Below the pieces are notes generated by a model. It searched no databases. It was not told where the DNA came from and saw nothing but the letters and a program-made list of their open reading frames with translations. 64,000 bases of DNA from an uncultured archaeon (GTDB lineage Archaea; Thermoplasmatota; Penumbrarchaeia; JASLWR01): the NCBI GenBank assembly GCA_964430885.1, contig CAYSHM010000006.1, positions 75,803 through 139,802 on the forward strand, read 5' to 3'. Of this stretch, positions 1 through 9,469 are shown piece after piece (position 1 is the first letter of the stretch; each line of letters begins with the position of its first letter). Position numbers and translations under genes: made by a program.

Positions 1-2439
1 ACGGCGGATACCTGGTATGTTGAGATAGTTGATGACGAAGGAACCAACGGCAAGTTCACCTCATTGGATCTGGATAACAACGGGAAACCCCATATCGCCT
101 ACCAGAAGACGGAAGGATTCGAGCTGAGATATGCTGACAAAACAGGTGCGGCTTGGGATACGGAAACCATAGAGGCGGGTGAAGCGTCCTATGGGTGGCA
201 TAACTCGATAGCGGTAGATTCTAACGGGAGACCTCATATCGCCTATTACGAGAATACCAACGGAATTCTGAAATATGCCCGCTGGACCGGTTCTCAGTGG
301 TCCATTGAACAGGTGGACCCTGCGGAATATGCAGGTAGTTACCCATCACTTGTTCTGGATGATTCCAACAATCCTCATATCTGCTATTACAGCTCCCGCT
401 GGAACTCCGATAACGGCCGGTTGAAATATGCCCATAAGACTGGTCAGGGATGGACATTGGAATTTCTGCATAATTCCACTGCCATGGGAAAACATCCTTC
501 TTTAGTGCTTGATGATGATGAGAGGCCTGTTGTGGCATATACCGATGCTGGTCAGGATGCACTCCGATTATTGAGATGGGATGATGAGGCCCCATCAGCA
601 AATGCAGGTACGGATATTGTGACCCTCCAGGGAGTGAATACAGATTTTAATGGGTCCGGATCAAGGGACAATTACGGTATTTCCAGCTACGATTGGACTT
701 TTGAATACAACGGCTACATGAAATATCTCACCGGAAAGACGCCCTACTACAAGTTCAATGATGTGGGGGTTTACACCATAACCCTCAATGTTACGGATAA
801 TGCAGGCAACTGGGATCAGGTTGTCTTCAATGTTACCGTTAATGATAATGAGCGACCTTACGCAGATGCCGGTGGCCCTTACAACGGCCCCCAGAACGAA
901 GCAGTTTATTTCAACGGCAATGTATCATATGATAATGTGGGCATAGACAGCTATACCTGGACATTGGACTACCAGGGAGCTGAAGAGGAGCTGTTTGGGA
1001 TAGATCCCTATTTTGTGTTCGGAGAAGCAGGTCAATACAACATTTCTCTCAATGTAACGGATTCAGCTGGGTTTTGGGATACTGACGCTGCTACAGTGAC
1101 CATATGGGATTCTGAGAATCCGGTGGCAGTTGCTGGGAATGACCGGACAATTGATCAAGGTGAAGGAATAACGTTTGATGGGCTTTCCAGCACTGATAAT
1201 ACGGAGATAACCGGTTATGAGTGGACCATATTCCTTGAAGGCATGGTAGTAGAGGTTTTCGGAGGAGCTACCCCCAAGTATGTTTTCAATAATGCCGGGG
1301 AATATGTGGTTTCTTTGAATGTTTCTGATTCCACCGGCAACTGGGATATTGATTCCATTACCGTGACGGTTCTGGATACCACCGACCCCACGGTTCAGGG
1401 CGAGGTTCCGGATTCGGTTCCTCAGGGGACCAGGGTGCTATTGAACGCTACGGCTAGTTCAGACAACGTGGGTATTGTGAAGTATAAATGGACCTTCAAT
1501 TACAATGGTATCTCCATGTCACTGAACACTGCTTTAGCCGAATTCACCTTTGAGATAATAGGTCTGTATGATATTGTTTTGAAAGTTGAGGATGCCGAGG
1601 GTAATTATGATACCCTGCATTTTTCATTGAACGTAACAGATACGATGTCCCCTGCAGTAGAGATCACTAGTGCCAGTCCAAAGGAGGTTAATGGCTCTCT
1701 CTATGTTTTCGATGCATCGGGCAGTTCAGATAATATGGATATTGTTCAGTATATCTGGAAGTTCAAAGACAGGGGAAATGATGTCACACTAACTGGAGAT
1801 GTTGTGGAGTATAATTTTACCAAGGGCGGAAAATACAATATCAGTCTCAGAGTATTGGATGCAGCTGGAAATGAGAACGTTTCATTTGTTGTCATATCTT
1901 ACGGGAAGGTTTCCCAGGGTGATGACGATTCTTCGTCGGATGACGATTCATCCGATGATGATGATTCAGTTTCGGGAGATAAGGGCAGTGGTGATGATGG
2001 ACCAAATTGGCTCTTGATAATAATATTATTAATGCTGGCAGCCATTATTATAGGTGTCGGAATAGTGGTAGCGGTTTATATGGTGAAGAAGAATAAAGAG
2101 GAGAAGGATGAACCGGATGATGATAGGGTAGAGGGTATTGAAGAAGCCTCTCAACCCCAATCACCCCAGGAGCTCTACGCCCAGCTTTATGGTTCTTCAC
2201 CTCCCAGGGGTCCGGGAGATTACGGAAATGAAGGAGTAGTACCTGGCCACTCAGGACCTCCTCCGGCAGAACGAAGGTCTCCTACTGCCGAACAAGCTAA
2301 GCAAAAAGCGGTTCAGCAAAAAGCAGCCGCGGAACCTGGAACTCCGCAGCAAAACCCGAATGCCGAAAAAATCGCTCCTGGTAAACCCCGATCACCTCAG
2401 GTTCCCGGCAGCAGTCCGCCTCGACCACCGAAACAATAG
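1..2439 (+). CDS. Surface protein with beta-propeller-like and PKD-like repeats, C-terminal TM anchor and acidic/Pro-rich tail; 5' end truncated by window edge
   Basis: Frame 1 is open from nt 1 into the ORF-track start at 64 (TTG). Repeated 'PHIAYY...LKYA..W' units and PKD-like 'YTITLNVTDNAGNWD' modules; Asp/Ser-rich stretch, then hydrophobic helix 'WLLIIILLMLAAIIIGVGIVVAVYMV', then charged/Pro-rich tail ending PPRPPKQ. Confidence 0.6.
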   Translation, partial: TADTWYVEIVDDEGTNGKFTSLDLDNNGKPHIAYQKTEGFELRYADKTGAAWDTETIEAGEASYGWHNSIAVDSNGRPHIAYYENTNGILKYARWTGSQWSIEQVDPAEYAGSYPSLVLDDSNNPHICYYSSRWNSDNGRLKYAHKTGQGWTLEFLHNSTAMGKHPSLVLDDDERPVVAYTDAGQDALRLLRWDDEAPSANAGTDIVTLQGVNTDFNGSGSRDNYGISSYDWTFEYNGYMKYLTGKTPYYKFNDVGVYTITLNVTDNAGNWDQVVFNVTVNDNERPYADAGGPYNGPQNEAVYFNGNVSYDNVGIDSYTWTLDYQGAEEELFGIDPYFVFGEAGQYNISLNVTDSAGFWDTDAATVTIWDSENPVAVAGNDRTIDQGEGITFDGLSSTDNTEITGYEWTIFLEGMVVEVFGGATPKYVFNNAGEYVVSLNVSDSTGNWDIDSITVTVLDTTDPTVQGEVPDSVPQGTRVLLNATASSDNVGIVKYKWTFNYNGISMSLNTALAEFTFEIIGLYDIVLKVEDAEGNYDTLHFSLNVTDTMSPAVEITSASPKEVNGSLYVFDASGSSDNMDIVQYIWKFKDRGNDVTLTGDVVEYNFTKGGKYNISLRVLDAAGNENVSFVVISYGKVSQGDDDSSSDDDSSDDDDSVSGDKGSGDDGPNWLLIIILLMLAAIIIGVGIVVAVYMVKKNKEEKDEPDDDRVEGIEEASQPQSPQELYAQLYGSSPPRGPGDYGNEGVVPGHSGPPPAERRSPTAEQAKQKAVQQKAAAEPGTPQQNPNAEKIAPGKPRSPQVPGSSPPRPPKQ

Positions 2440-2791
2440 CTGCTCCTTATCAATTTTAATGGTTTATTCTTCCCTAAATTCATAGTGCATAGAATGAAAT
2501 TTATTAGGAAGCGAATAAATTATATGTCCTTAAAAGGTAATGTCTTTCTATGAAATTTATCATTTGGTCTAGATGAAATGCATCCTTTATTCCATGCCCT
2601 CCAGGTTATTGAAATCAACATGATTTTATTTTCCCTGAAAATGGGTCCTATTTACTAATGGATCAGCAGTGTATGGAATGCTCATGCAGAATAGCATAAA
2701 AAGTAATAAATAAAAGAGCTGGCCATTGGGGCTTTATTACAATTTCAGGTTAAATGGATTGTAGCGTATTATTATAGGAGGTTGAAGGACT

Positions 2792-3421
2792 TTGTCAGAA
2801 GGATTACAGTTGAGGACATTTATATTCATCGATCAGATGCAGCCGCAATTTGCAGCATATCAGGCTACTGTCGGGAGAGGTTATCTGCCAGTATCAGGTA
2901 TGGCTGCAATATATATTGAAACTGCACCCGGAATGCCCATCAATCGGGTTACGGATCTGGCATTGAAATATACAAGTGTGAGACCGGCAGAACTAATAGT
3001 GGAGCGAGCTTTTGGAATGTTGGAATTCCATCATGAATCCCAGTCCGAGGTCAGAACAGCGGGAAAAGCCGTTCTAGATGGCCTAGGTTTGGAGGAGATG
3101 GACAGATATAAACCAAAGGTTGTGACCAATGAGATAATCAAGAAAATAGATGATTACCAGTCAATGATAATCAATCGTTCCTGGAGGGGTATGATGATCC
3201 TTCATGATCATTCTCTCTTCATTATGGAGACTCAGCCTGCCGCTTATATAACCTATGCCGCAAACGAGGCCGAAAAGGCAGCAGATATCAATATTGTCGG
3301 CATCAGGGCAGCCGGTGCCTTTGGCAGGCTGTACATCAGCGGTTGGGAATCCGATGTCAGGGCCGCAGCGGATGCCGCTACGACGGCCATAGAGGGTATT
3401 GACGGTAGGGATGATTGGTAG
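2792..3421 (+). CDS. BMC shell protein, tandem-domain BMC-T (EutL/PduB-like permuted type)
   Basis: Two BMC-like halves; second half 'AAYITYAANEAEKAADINIVGIRAAGAFGRLYISGWESDVRAAADAATTAIEGI' fits the BMC fold pattern. TTG start preceded by AGGAGG at 2776-2781. Call from recalled family motifs, not alignment. Confidence 0.55.
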   Translation: MSEGLQLRTFIFIDQMQPQFAAYQATVGRGYLPVSGMAAIYIETAPGMPINRVTDLALKYTSVRPAELIVERAFGMLEFHHESQSEVRTAGKAVLDGLGLEEMDRYKPKVVTNEIIKKIDDYQSMIINRSWRGMMILHDHSLFIMETQPAAYITYAANEAEKAADINIVGIRAAGAFGRLYISGWESDVRAAADAATTAIEGIDGRDDW

Positions 3422-4190
3422 TTCCGCCGACCTAGGTGTCTTTATGGATCCCGACCGTCTCAGGACCATCGTTCTGGAGCAGGTACGGAGATATTTTCAG
3501 AACGAGGGAATGGAGTTCATTCGATATGAAAAGGATTCCGAAGAAGGATCTAAAGGTATATTGATAGTGATAAACCGAACTGATCCATCAATGGACCTTT
3601 TATTCAGCCAGATAAACAATCTGGTATCTGCTGGTCATAACATCACATTGATGAGCACCTCCGAAGTGAGGGCAATATTGGGCCAGCAGGGCTATTGGTC
3701 ACTTGACCGGATCACCTACTTGTCTATTGATGATACCCGAAAGGTCAACATGAAAATTGACGAATATTGGTCCCTGCTATTTCCGGTTATAGGTTACTCC
3801 CTGGCCGGAGAGATATCAGCCTTAAAAGATACAAATCCATTGGCGGATTTGGCTTTGACGGCCCTGCGCAGTGGATTGGATGTCGGAGTGGCAGTGGATA
3901 CCCTTGAGACTGTAGGGAAGAAGGCTCGTAGGCCAAAGCTGATCTCCGAGTCCACCAGGATACAGAAGGGCTTATCGGGAATAGGCGTGAGATTGGTAAC
4001 CCTGGAAAATATGGTCAACGAGATGTCCTTTGACAAACGGAGGTTCACAGGCCGAGTGCTGACAGAGGATATAATAAACAGCTATATGTCCCGTGGCGTG
4101 TTCGATATCAATGTGGATGAAGATACTGTGATCACGCCTTTGGCAAGGGAAAGGGCAAGGGAGTTGAACATTCGAATAAATATCATTTAG
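3411..4190 (+). CDS. BMC-locus protein of unknown function; N-terminal amphipathic helix may be an encapsulation peptide
   Basis: ORF 3399..4190 with in-frame ATG at 3411 and 3444. N-terminus 'DPDRLRTIVLEQVRRYF' is amphipathic; C-terminal 'GRVLTEDIINS...VITPLARERARELNI' loosely resembles a segment of the N-terminal domain of the DeoC fusion at 11266. No family recognised. Confidence 0.45.
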   Translation: MIGSSADLGVFMDPDRLRTIVLEQVRRYFQNEGMEFIRYEKDSEEGSKGILIVINRTDPSMDLLFSQINNLVSAGHNITLMSTSEVRAILGQQGYWSLDRITYLSIDDTRKVNMKIDEYWSLLFPVIGYSLAGEISALKDTNPLADLALTALRSGLDVGVAVDTLETVGKKARRPKLISESTRIQKGLSGIGVRLVTLENMVNEMSFDKRRFTGRVLTEDIINSYMSRGVFDINVDEDTVITPLARERARELNIRINII

Positions 4191-4238
4191 AAATTGAATT
4201 AATAGGATCAGATATCATAGATCAAGGAGTGTAAGAAA

Positions 4239-4532
4239 ATGAAATTGTGCAGAGTGGTAGGAAATGTGGTAGCCACTGTCAAGGACCGAAACATCGAGTC
4301 CTTCAAGCTGATGATAGTACAACCGGTGGATTTCAAGGAACAGAAGCCCTATGGAGAGCCTCTAGTGGCAATAGATGCGGTTGGTGCCGGCCAAGATGAG
4401 CTGGTCCTGATAGTTCAGGGAAGTTCCGGCAGAATGACCGCTATAACTGACCAGAAACCGTCCGACTGTACGATAATGGCAATTGTGGATTTTGTGACCT
4501 TAAACGGTGAACAGACCTTTGCAAAACGGTGA
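4239..4532 (+). CDS. BMC vertex (pentamer) protein, EutN/PduN/CcmL family (BMC-P)
   Basis: 97 aa; 'MKLCRVVGNVVATVK...AIDAVGAGQDELVLIVQGSSGR...AIVDFVTLNG' matches the EutN/CcmL pattern. ATG at 4239 with AAGGAG upstream. Confidence 0.85.
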   Translation: MKLCRVVGNVVATVKDRNIESFKLMIVQPVDFKEQKPYGEPLVAIDAVGAGQDELVLIVQGSSGRMTAITDQKPSDCTIMAIVDFVTLNGEQTFAKR

Positions 4533-4550
4533 TCGAGGGAGGTTTTAATA

Positions 4551-5981
4551 ATGGAGATCAGGCAGGATCAGATAAATAATATTGTGGATGAGATAGTTAG
4601 AAGAGTGGAGCTGGATATGAGCTATGGGAAACCGAACATGGGGCCAGCCAAGCAGGGAGGCACTACAGGTATCTACAGCACTATTGACGAGTGTATTGAG
4701 AAGGCGAAGAAGGCAAGAAAGTTTTTGATGTCAATGTCATTGGATCAAAGGCAGAAGCTGATAGATGCCATGAAAGGGGAGATATTGCAGAACGCAGATC
4801 CTCTGGCCAAGCTTGCTGTTGAGGAGACTGGATTGGGTCGGTACAAGGACAAGGTGAATAAGAACATTCTGGCTGCGACAAAGACCCCTGGATGCGAGGA
4901 CCTGCAGACTGAAGCCCAGACGGGCGACGACGGTCTCACACTGTACGAGATGGGGCCCTTTGGAATTATAGCTTCCATAACACCTACTACCAATCCCACG
5001 TCAACGATCACATGCAACTCCATCGGCATGATCGCTGCTGGAAACGCTGTTGTGTTCAATCCCCATCCGAGGGCTACCAAGACCAGTCTGGAGACCATAA
5101 GACTGCTGAACCGGGGTATTCAGTCGGCAGGAGGTCCTACTGATCTTATAACAACGGTTAAAAAACCAACAATTGACACAAGCCAGGCTCTTATGAACCA
5201 TAAGGAGGTCAATCTACTCTGCGTAACCGGCGGTGAAGGAGTGGTGCATTACGGTCTTACCAGAGGGAAAAAATGCATTGCAGCAGGTCCGGGAAATCCT
5301 CCTGTTTTCGTGGACGATACCGCTGATCTGATACGGGCGGGCAGGGATATTGTGGACGGAGCCAGTTTTGACAACAATATCCTCTGTATAGCTGAAAAAG
5401 AGGTTCTGGTATTCGAAAATGTGGCAGATAGGCTAATCTCTGAGATGAGGAAACACGGTGCACATCTGGTCAGCGGAAAGGAGATAGACCGGCTGATAGA
5501 TTTGGTATTCAATGATCCCTCGGGAGAGATCCCCCTGGTGAACACCAAATGGGTGGGTCAGGATGCAGGTAAGATACTGCGGAACATAGGAATAACCGAT
5601 AAGTTCAATGCGCGATTGATCCTTGCCGAGGTTCCTCACGATCATCCATTCGTGCTGGCTGAAATGCTAATGCCAATACTGCCCATAGTTAGGGTGAAAT
5701 CCATAGATGAGGCCCTTAAAATTGGTCTGAGAGCCGAACATAGATTCAGACATACCGCAGCTATGCATTCCACAAATGTGGACAATATGACCAAGGTGGG
5801 ACGGGCAATGGAAACCACAATATTCGTTAAGAACGCTCCATCCTATGCAGGTCTGGGTTTTGGAGGTGAGGGATACTGCTCCCTTACAATAGCCGGACCA
5901 ACCGGTGAAGGAGTTACAAGGGCGAGGAATTTTGCCAGATTGAGAAGATGTACGCTCAAGGATTCATTCAGAATTGTGTGA
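4551..5981 (+). CDS. CoA-acylating aldehyde dehydrogenase (PduP/EutE-like) with N-terminal encapsulation-peptide-like helix
   Basis: 476 aa; catalytic-Cys region 'DNNILCIAEKE', 'GPFGIIASITPTTNPT'. N-terminal 'QDQINNIVDEIVRRVEL' amphipathic helix followed by linker. GAGGGAGG upstream. Confidence 0.85.
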   Translation: MEIRQDQINNIVDEIVRRVELDMSYGKPNMGPAKQGGTTGIYSTIDECIEKAKKARKFLMSMSLDQRQKLIDAMKGEILQNADPLAKLAVEETGLGRYKDKVNKNILAATKTPGCEDLQTEAQTGDDGLTLYEMGPFGIIASITPTTNPTSTITCNSIGMIAAGNAVVFNPHPRATKTSLETIRLLNRGIQSAGGPTDLITTVKKPTIDTSQALMNHKEVNLLCVTGGEGVVHYGLTRGKKCIAAGPGNPPVFVDDTADLIRAGRDIVDGASFDNNILCIAEKEVLVFENVADRLISEMRKHGAHLVSGKEIDRLIDLVFNDPSGEIPLVNTKWVGQDAGKILRNIGITDKFNARLILAEVPHDHPFVLAEMLMPILPIVRVKSIDEALKIGLRAEHRFRHTAAMHSTNVDNMTKVGRAMETTIFVKNAPSYAGLGFGGEGYCSLTIAGPTGEGVTRARNFARLRRCTLKDSFRIV

Positions 5982-6028
5982 ATAATAATCGATAATAAAT
6001 ATTTCAGTCCAGCAGATCAGGTGAAAAA

Positions 6029-7390
6029 ATGGCTTCATTGGGAACGGATATGGTAAGGAACTCGGGGATAATAGGTGCGGGTGGTGCAGGTTTTCCTACC
6101 CATGTCAAGCTGGCAGCTAAGGTTGATTGTGTAATAGCCAATGGTGCCGAATGTGAACCCCTTCTCAAGGCGGATAAGCAGCTCATGGAGCATTTCCCTG
6201 AAAAAATACTGGATGGTATGAAAGCAGCCATGGATATGACGGGAGCCCAGAAAGGTATAATAGCTCTAAAGAGAAAGTATGCGGATGCGGTGTCCTCCTT
6301 CAGAACTCGATTGGCGGATGCTGTGAACGGTAGATATGAAGGAATATCCATATTTGAACTTGAGAACTTCTATCCTGCAGGCGACGAACAGGTCATGGTC
6401 TATGAAGTGTTAGGACGGGTAATTCCCGAAGGCGCCATACCATTGTCAGCAGGTGTTGTTGTGGACAATGTGGGGACCCTGGCCCAAATATCGGAAGCCA
6501 TTGAAGGAAAAAATGTTACCCATCGGTGGGTAACGGTCACTGGTGAAGTGGCCTACCCAAAGACCCTTTACATCCCTATAGGTACTTCTATAGAAAAGAT
6601 GCTTGGATTGTGCGGGGGTCCGACAATAACCAATTACAGGATATTATCCGGAGGTCCCATGATGGGACGTCTAGTAAACCTTACCGATAGTGTTCTGAAA
6701 ACCACCTCGGGTATCATAGTTTTCCCGGCAGATCATTATGTTGTGAAGGCTAAAACCCGCCCGGTGGAAGTGAATGTTAGGTATACTTTAGCGGCATGCA
6801 TTCAGTGCAAAATGTGCACTGATGTATGTCCCAGATTCAATCTGGGTAAGTATGTATGTCCGGACAGTGTGATGAAAGGCATCGCTTACGGAATACTTTC
6901 AAAACCGGAGGATATGACCACCGCATTCCTCTGCGTTGAGTGCGGATTATGCACCCATTACGGATGCCCTATGGGTTTGGACCCCTGCGGTATGATGGGG
7001 AAGGTCAAATCCGAACTTATTTCCGAAGGTATGACGAACCCACATTCAAGGACGGATCTGTCTGCCAGGGAATACAGGCCTTTCAGAAAGGTTCCCCTAA
7101 AAAGATTGATGGCCAGGATGGATCTTTTGAGATATGATGTACCGGCACCCATGGAGCTGAAGGACCTATCGAAGGTTATTACAGAAGTGAATATCCCTCT
7201 TAAACAGCACATAGGCGCGCCTTCGAAACCTGTTGTGAAAGTGGGAGATCAAGTGAAGAAGGGTGAACTGATAGCAGATATTCCAAAAGGTTCTCTGGGG
7301 GCACGGTATCATTCCAGCATTAACGGTGAAGTAACAGGTGTGGATTCCTGCATCAGTATTAGAGCAAAGAAAATCGGAGGAATTGAATGA
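6029..7390 (+). CDS. PduS-like RnfC-family Fe-S flavoprotein (electron-transfer partner of PduT)
   Basis: 'GIIGAGGAGFPTHVKLAAKVDCVIANGAECEPLLKADKQLM' nucleotide-binding motif; two Cys clusters 'CIQCKMCTDVCP' and 'CVECGLCTHYGCP'; PduS-type C-terminus. Confidence 0.8.
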   Translation: MASLGTDMVRNSGIIGAGGAGFPTHVKLAAKVDCVIANGAECEPLLKADKQLMEHFPEKILDGMKAAMDMTGAQKGIIALKRKYADAVSSFRTRLADAVNGRYEGISIFELENFYPAGDEQVMVYEVLGRVIPEGAIPLSAGVVVDNVGTLAQISEAIEGKNVTHRWVTVTGEVAYPKTLYIPIGTSIEKMLGLCGGPTITNYRILSGGPMMGRLVNLTDSVLKTTSGIIVFPADHYVVKAKTRPVEVNVRYTLAACIQCKMCTDVCPRFNLGKYVCPDSVMKGIAYGILSKPEDMTTAFLCVECGLCTHYGCPMGLDPCGMMGKVKSELISEGMTNPHSRTDLSAREYRPFRKVPLKRLMARMDLLRYDVPAPMELKDLSKVITEVNIPLKQHIGAPSKPVVKVGDQVKKGELIADIPKGSLGARYHSSINGEVTGVDSCISIRAKKIGGIE

Positions 7391-7944
7391 GAGAGTCTAT
7401 AGGTCTCATGGAGTTCAACAGCATTGCAAAGGGTATTGAGGTGACGGATGTTCTTCTGAAGGCTTCCGAGGTGGAACTCATATTCTCATCGCCGGTGTGT
7501 CCTGGAAAGTATCTGATAATGATCTCTGGTGAGGTGGAGGCTGTTAAGAATTCACTGGGAAAAGGAGCCGACATATCGGATGGTTTCCTCATCGATCAAA
7601 GTGTAATACCTCAGGTTCATGAAAAGGTGTTCCCAGCCATAGCTGGGACCACACTGCCCGAGGTGATGGGGGCCATTGGTGTCATAGACTGCTATTCTTC
7701 GGTTTCGGCAGTAGTGGCAGCCGATAAAGCGGTGAAATCCGCCGATGTAGATCTGCTGGAGATTCGATTGGCCAGGGCGTTGGGAGGAAAGGCCTTTGTC
7801 ATAATAACAGGTGAGGTTGCCGATGTGAGGGCAGGTGTCGATAACGGAGTTGAGTCCATAAAGGAACACGGACTGCTGCTGGGCACAGTGGTAATTCCGT
7901 CCCCCCACCAGGACCTACTGGAAACGTTGATAGGATCGAGATGA
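7387..7944 (+). CDS. PduT-like tandem BMC-T shell protein with conserved Fe-S ligand Cys38
   Basis: 185 aa, two BMC domains; 'SIAKGIEVTDVLLKASEVELIFSSPVCPGKYLIM' parallels PduT '[34 protein letters not shown]' as recalled. Start ATG overlaps PduS stop (ATGA). Confidence 0.85.
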   Translation: MRESIGLMEFNSIAKGIEVTDVLLKASEVELIFSSPVCPGKYLIMISGEVEAVKNSLGKGADISDGFLIDQSVIPQVHEKVFPAIAGTTLPEVMGAIGVIDCYSSVSAVVAADKAVKSADVDLLEIRLARALGGKAFVIITGEVADVRAGVDNGVESIKEHGLLLGTVVIPSPHQDLLETLIGSR

Positions 7945-8041
7945 TCAGATCATAAATTCATATCACGATTAATTAAATTAATTAATTGATGAATAATTTG
8001 AAGAATATAATCAAGAAGATGAAAAATAGAAGTTGATTGAA

Positions 8042-8548
8042 ATGAGAATTTGCAGGGTAATAGGCAATCTGGTATCCACATGCAAGATACCTGATCACGA
8101 AGGTTTCAAGATACTGGCGGTTCGTGCTGTCGATCTTCACGGCAGAATGCATGGTGAGACCTTTCAGGCTATAGATTGCGCCCAGGCAGGTGTGGGTGAT
8201 TTTGTGCTCGTGATAGAGGAAGGAGGCTCCTGCAGTCAGGTGATGAGCGGAGTTAAGTCGCTAACCCCCAAGGGTGACCGGGTGGCAGTCAACAAGTCCA
8301 TTCTTGCTGTTGTGGATTATATTGAGGCTGATGGAGAGCTCAGAAGGCTGGAGCAGACAGCAGAGATGGAAGAGGATGGAGGAAAGAAAAAATTAAGAAG
8401 TACCAAGGTTAAAAGAAAGACCTCCAAGGCTACTGGAAAAAAGGGTAAAGAAAAAAAAAGTGAAAAAACGTCAGGAAAAAATTCCCGCAAACCTGCTAAA
8501 ACCTTGGCAACAAAGAAAGGCAAGGGCGGTAAGAAGAAGAAGGGTTGA
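8042..8548 (+). CDS. BMC vertex protein (EutN/CcmL family) with about 60-aa lysine-rich C-terminal extension
   Basis: 'MRICRVIGNLVSTCK...AIDCAQAGVGDFVLVIEEGG' BMC-P core, then tail 'GKKKLRSTKVKRKTSKATGKKGKEKKSEKTSGKNSRKPAKTLATKKGKGGKKKKG'. ORF-track start 8033 is TTG; first ATG at 8042. Confidence 0.8.
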   Translation: MRICRVIGNLVSTCKIPDHEGFKILAVRAVDLHGRMHGETFQAIDCAQAGVGDFVLVIEEGGSCSQVMSGVKSLTPKGDRVAVNKSILAVVDYIEADGELRRLEQTAEMEEDGGKKKLRSTKVKRKTSKATGKKGKEKKSEKTSGKNSRKPAKTLATKKGKGGKKKKG

Positions 8549-8554
8549 TAGATT

Positions 8555-9469
8555 ATGTCAGAAGACGAGCTCAGAAAGTTAGTAGAAAACATGGTTCGAT
8601 CCATGCTGGAATCCGGTTCTGTGGAGATACAGAAGGGAACTGCTCTAAGGACCCAGGGAGATATCTCAAGGCCTACCAACAATTATTTTAATGATCAGAT
8701 GGAGGGTAATGCCCGGTATGTGGTTGCAGCCAATTGGAAGATGAACATGACCACCATAGAGGCCAAGGAATTCGCTATGCAGATAAGGGCCTTAGGAGAG
8801 GAAATTTCCAATAGTAAAAGGGATGCAGTGGTCTGTCCTCCTATTTATTTGGCTCCTCTTCTGAAAACAGCGTTCATGGGGACGGGTATCCGGTTGGGCG
8901 GTCAGAATATGCACCATGAGACCAAGGGTGCTTATACCAGCGAGATATCGCCTCTAATGCTTAAGGATGCGGGTTGTCAATATGTGATAATTGGACATTC
9001 TGAAAGGAGACATATATTTGGTGAAAAGGACCATCATATCAATATGAAGGTGAGGTCAGCTTTCAATCATGGCCTTGTACCTCTTTTCTGCGTTGGCGAG
9101 ACCGAGAAGGAACGGGAGAGCAATGCTACCTTCAGGGTTGTCAGGAAACAATTGAAATTGGGCCTCTATAAGACAAGCTCCAAGCAATCCGGCAGGCTGA
9201 TAATCGGTTATGAACCGGTTTGGGCAATAGGCACTGGGAGAAATGCTACTCCGGCTGACGCCCAAAGGGTACATGCATTCATCAGGGAGGTTCTGACGGA
9301 GATCTACGATTTCCCCACGGCCAAGAATATCAGGATTCTCTACGGCGGAAGCGTTACACCTGATAATGCTTCAGGTCTTATAGCCAAAAAAGATATCGAC
9401 GGTTTCCTGGTGGGGGGTGCTTCTCTCACCGCTTCCAAGTTTATGAGCATAGCGGAGGTGTGCAAATGA
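8555..9469 (+). CDS. tpiA: Triosephosphate isomerase, bacterial type, with about 50-aa N-terminal extension (putative encapsulation peptide)
   Basis: 'AANWKMN', 'IGHSERR', 'YEPVWAIGTG', 'YGGSV' motifs. N-terminal 'EDELRKLVENMVRSMLE' amphipathic helix precedes the catalytic core. Confidence 0.85.
   Translation: MSEDELRKLVENMVRSMLESGSVEIQKGTALRTQGDISRPTNNYFNDQMEGNARYVVAANWKMNMTTIEAKEFAMQIRALGEEISNSKRDAVVCPPIYLAPLLKTAFMGTGIRLGGQNMHHETKGAYTSEISPLMLKDAGCQYVIIGHSERRHIFGEKDHHINMKVRSAFNHGLVPLFCVGETEKERESNATFRVVRKQLKLGLYKTSSKQSGRLIIGYEPVWAIGTGRNATPADAQRVHAFIREVLTEIYDFPTAKNIRILYGGSVTPDNASGLIAKKDIDGFLVGGASLTASKFMSIAEVCK

Noticed and set aside
221-601. Minus-strand ORF inside the first surface-protein gene, and many similar 60-150 aa antisense or off-frame ORFs throughout (e.g. 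4681..5645, 19818..23474, 28262..32382, 32568..36782, 39357..40093, 48228..49822, 50144..52721, 53428..54437, 55012..57102)
   Set aside because: Each lies wholly within a much longer, motif-supported CDS on another frame or strand and has low-complexity or biased composition; treated as shadow ORFs.
3399-4190. Possibility that the 263-aa BMC-locus protein is the missing phosphotransacylase (PduL)
   Set aside because: No resemblance to the PduL sequence as I recall it; left as unknown.
8317-8682. Minus-strand 121-aa ORF rich in Phe/Leu/Ser
   Set aside because: Antisense to the lysine-codon-rich tail of the BMC-P gene and the start of tpiA; composition artefact.
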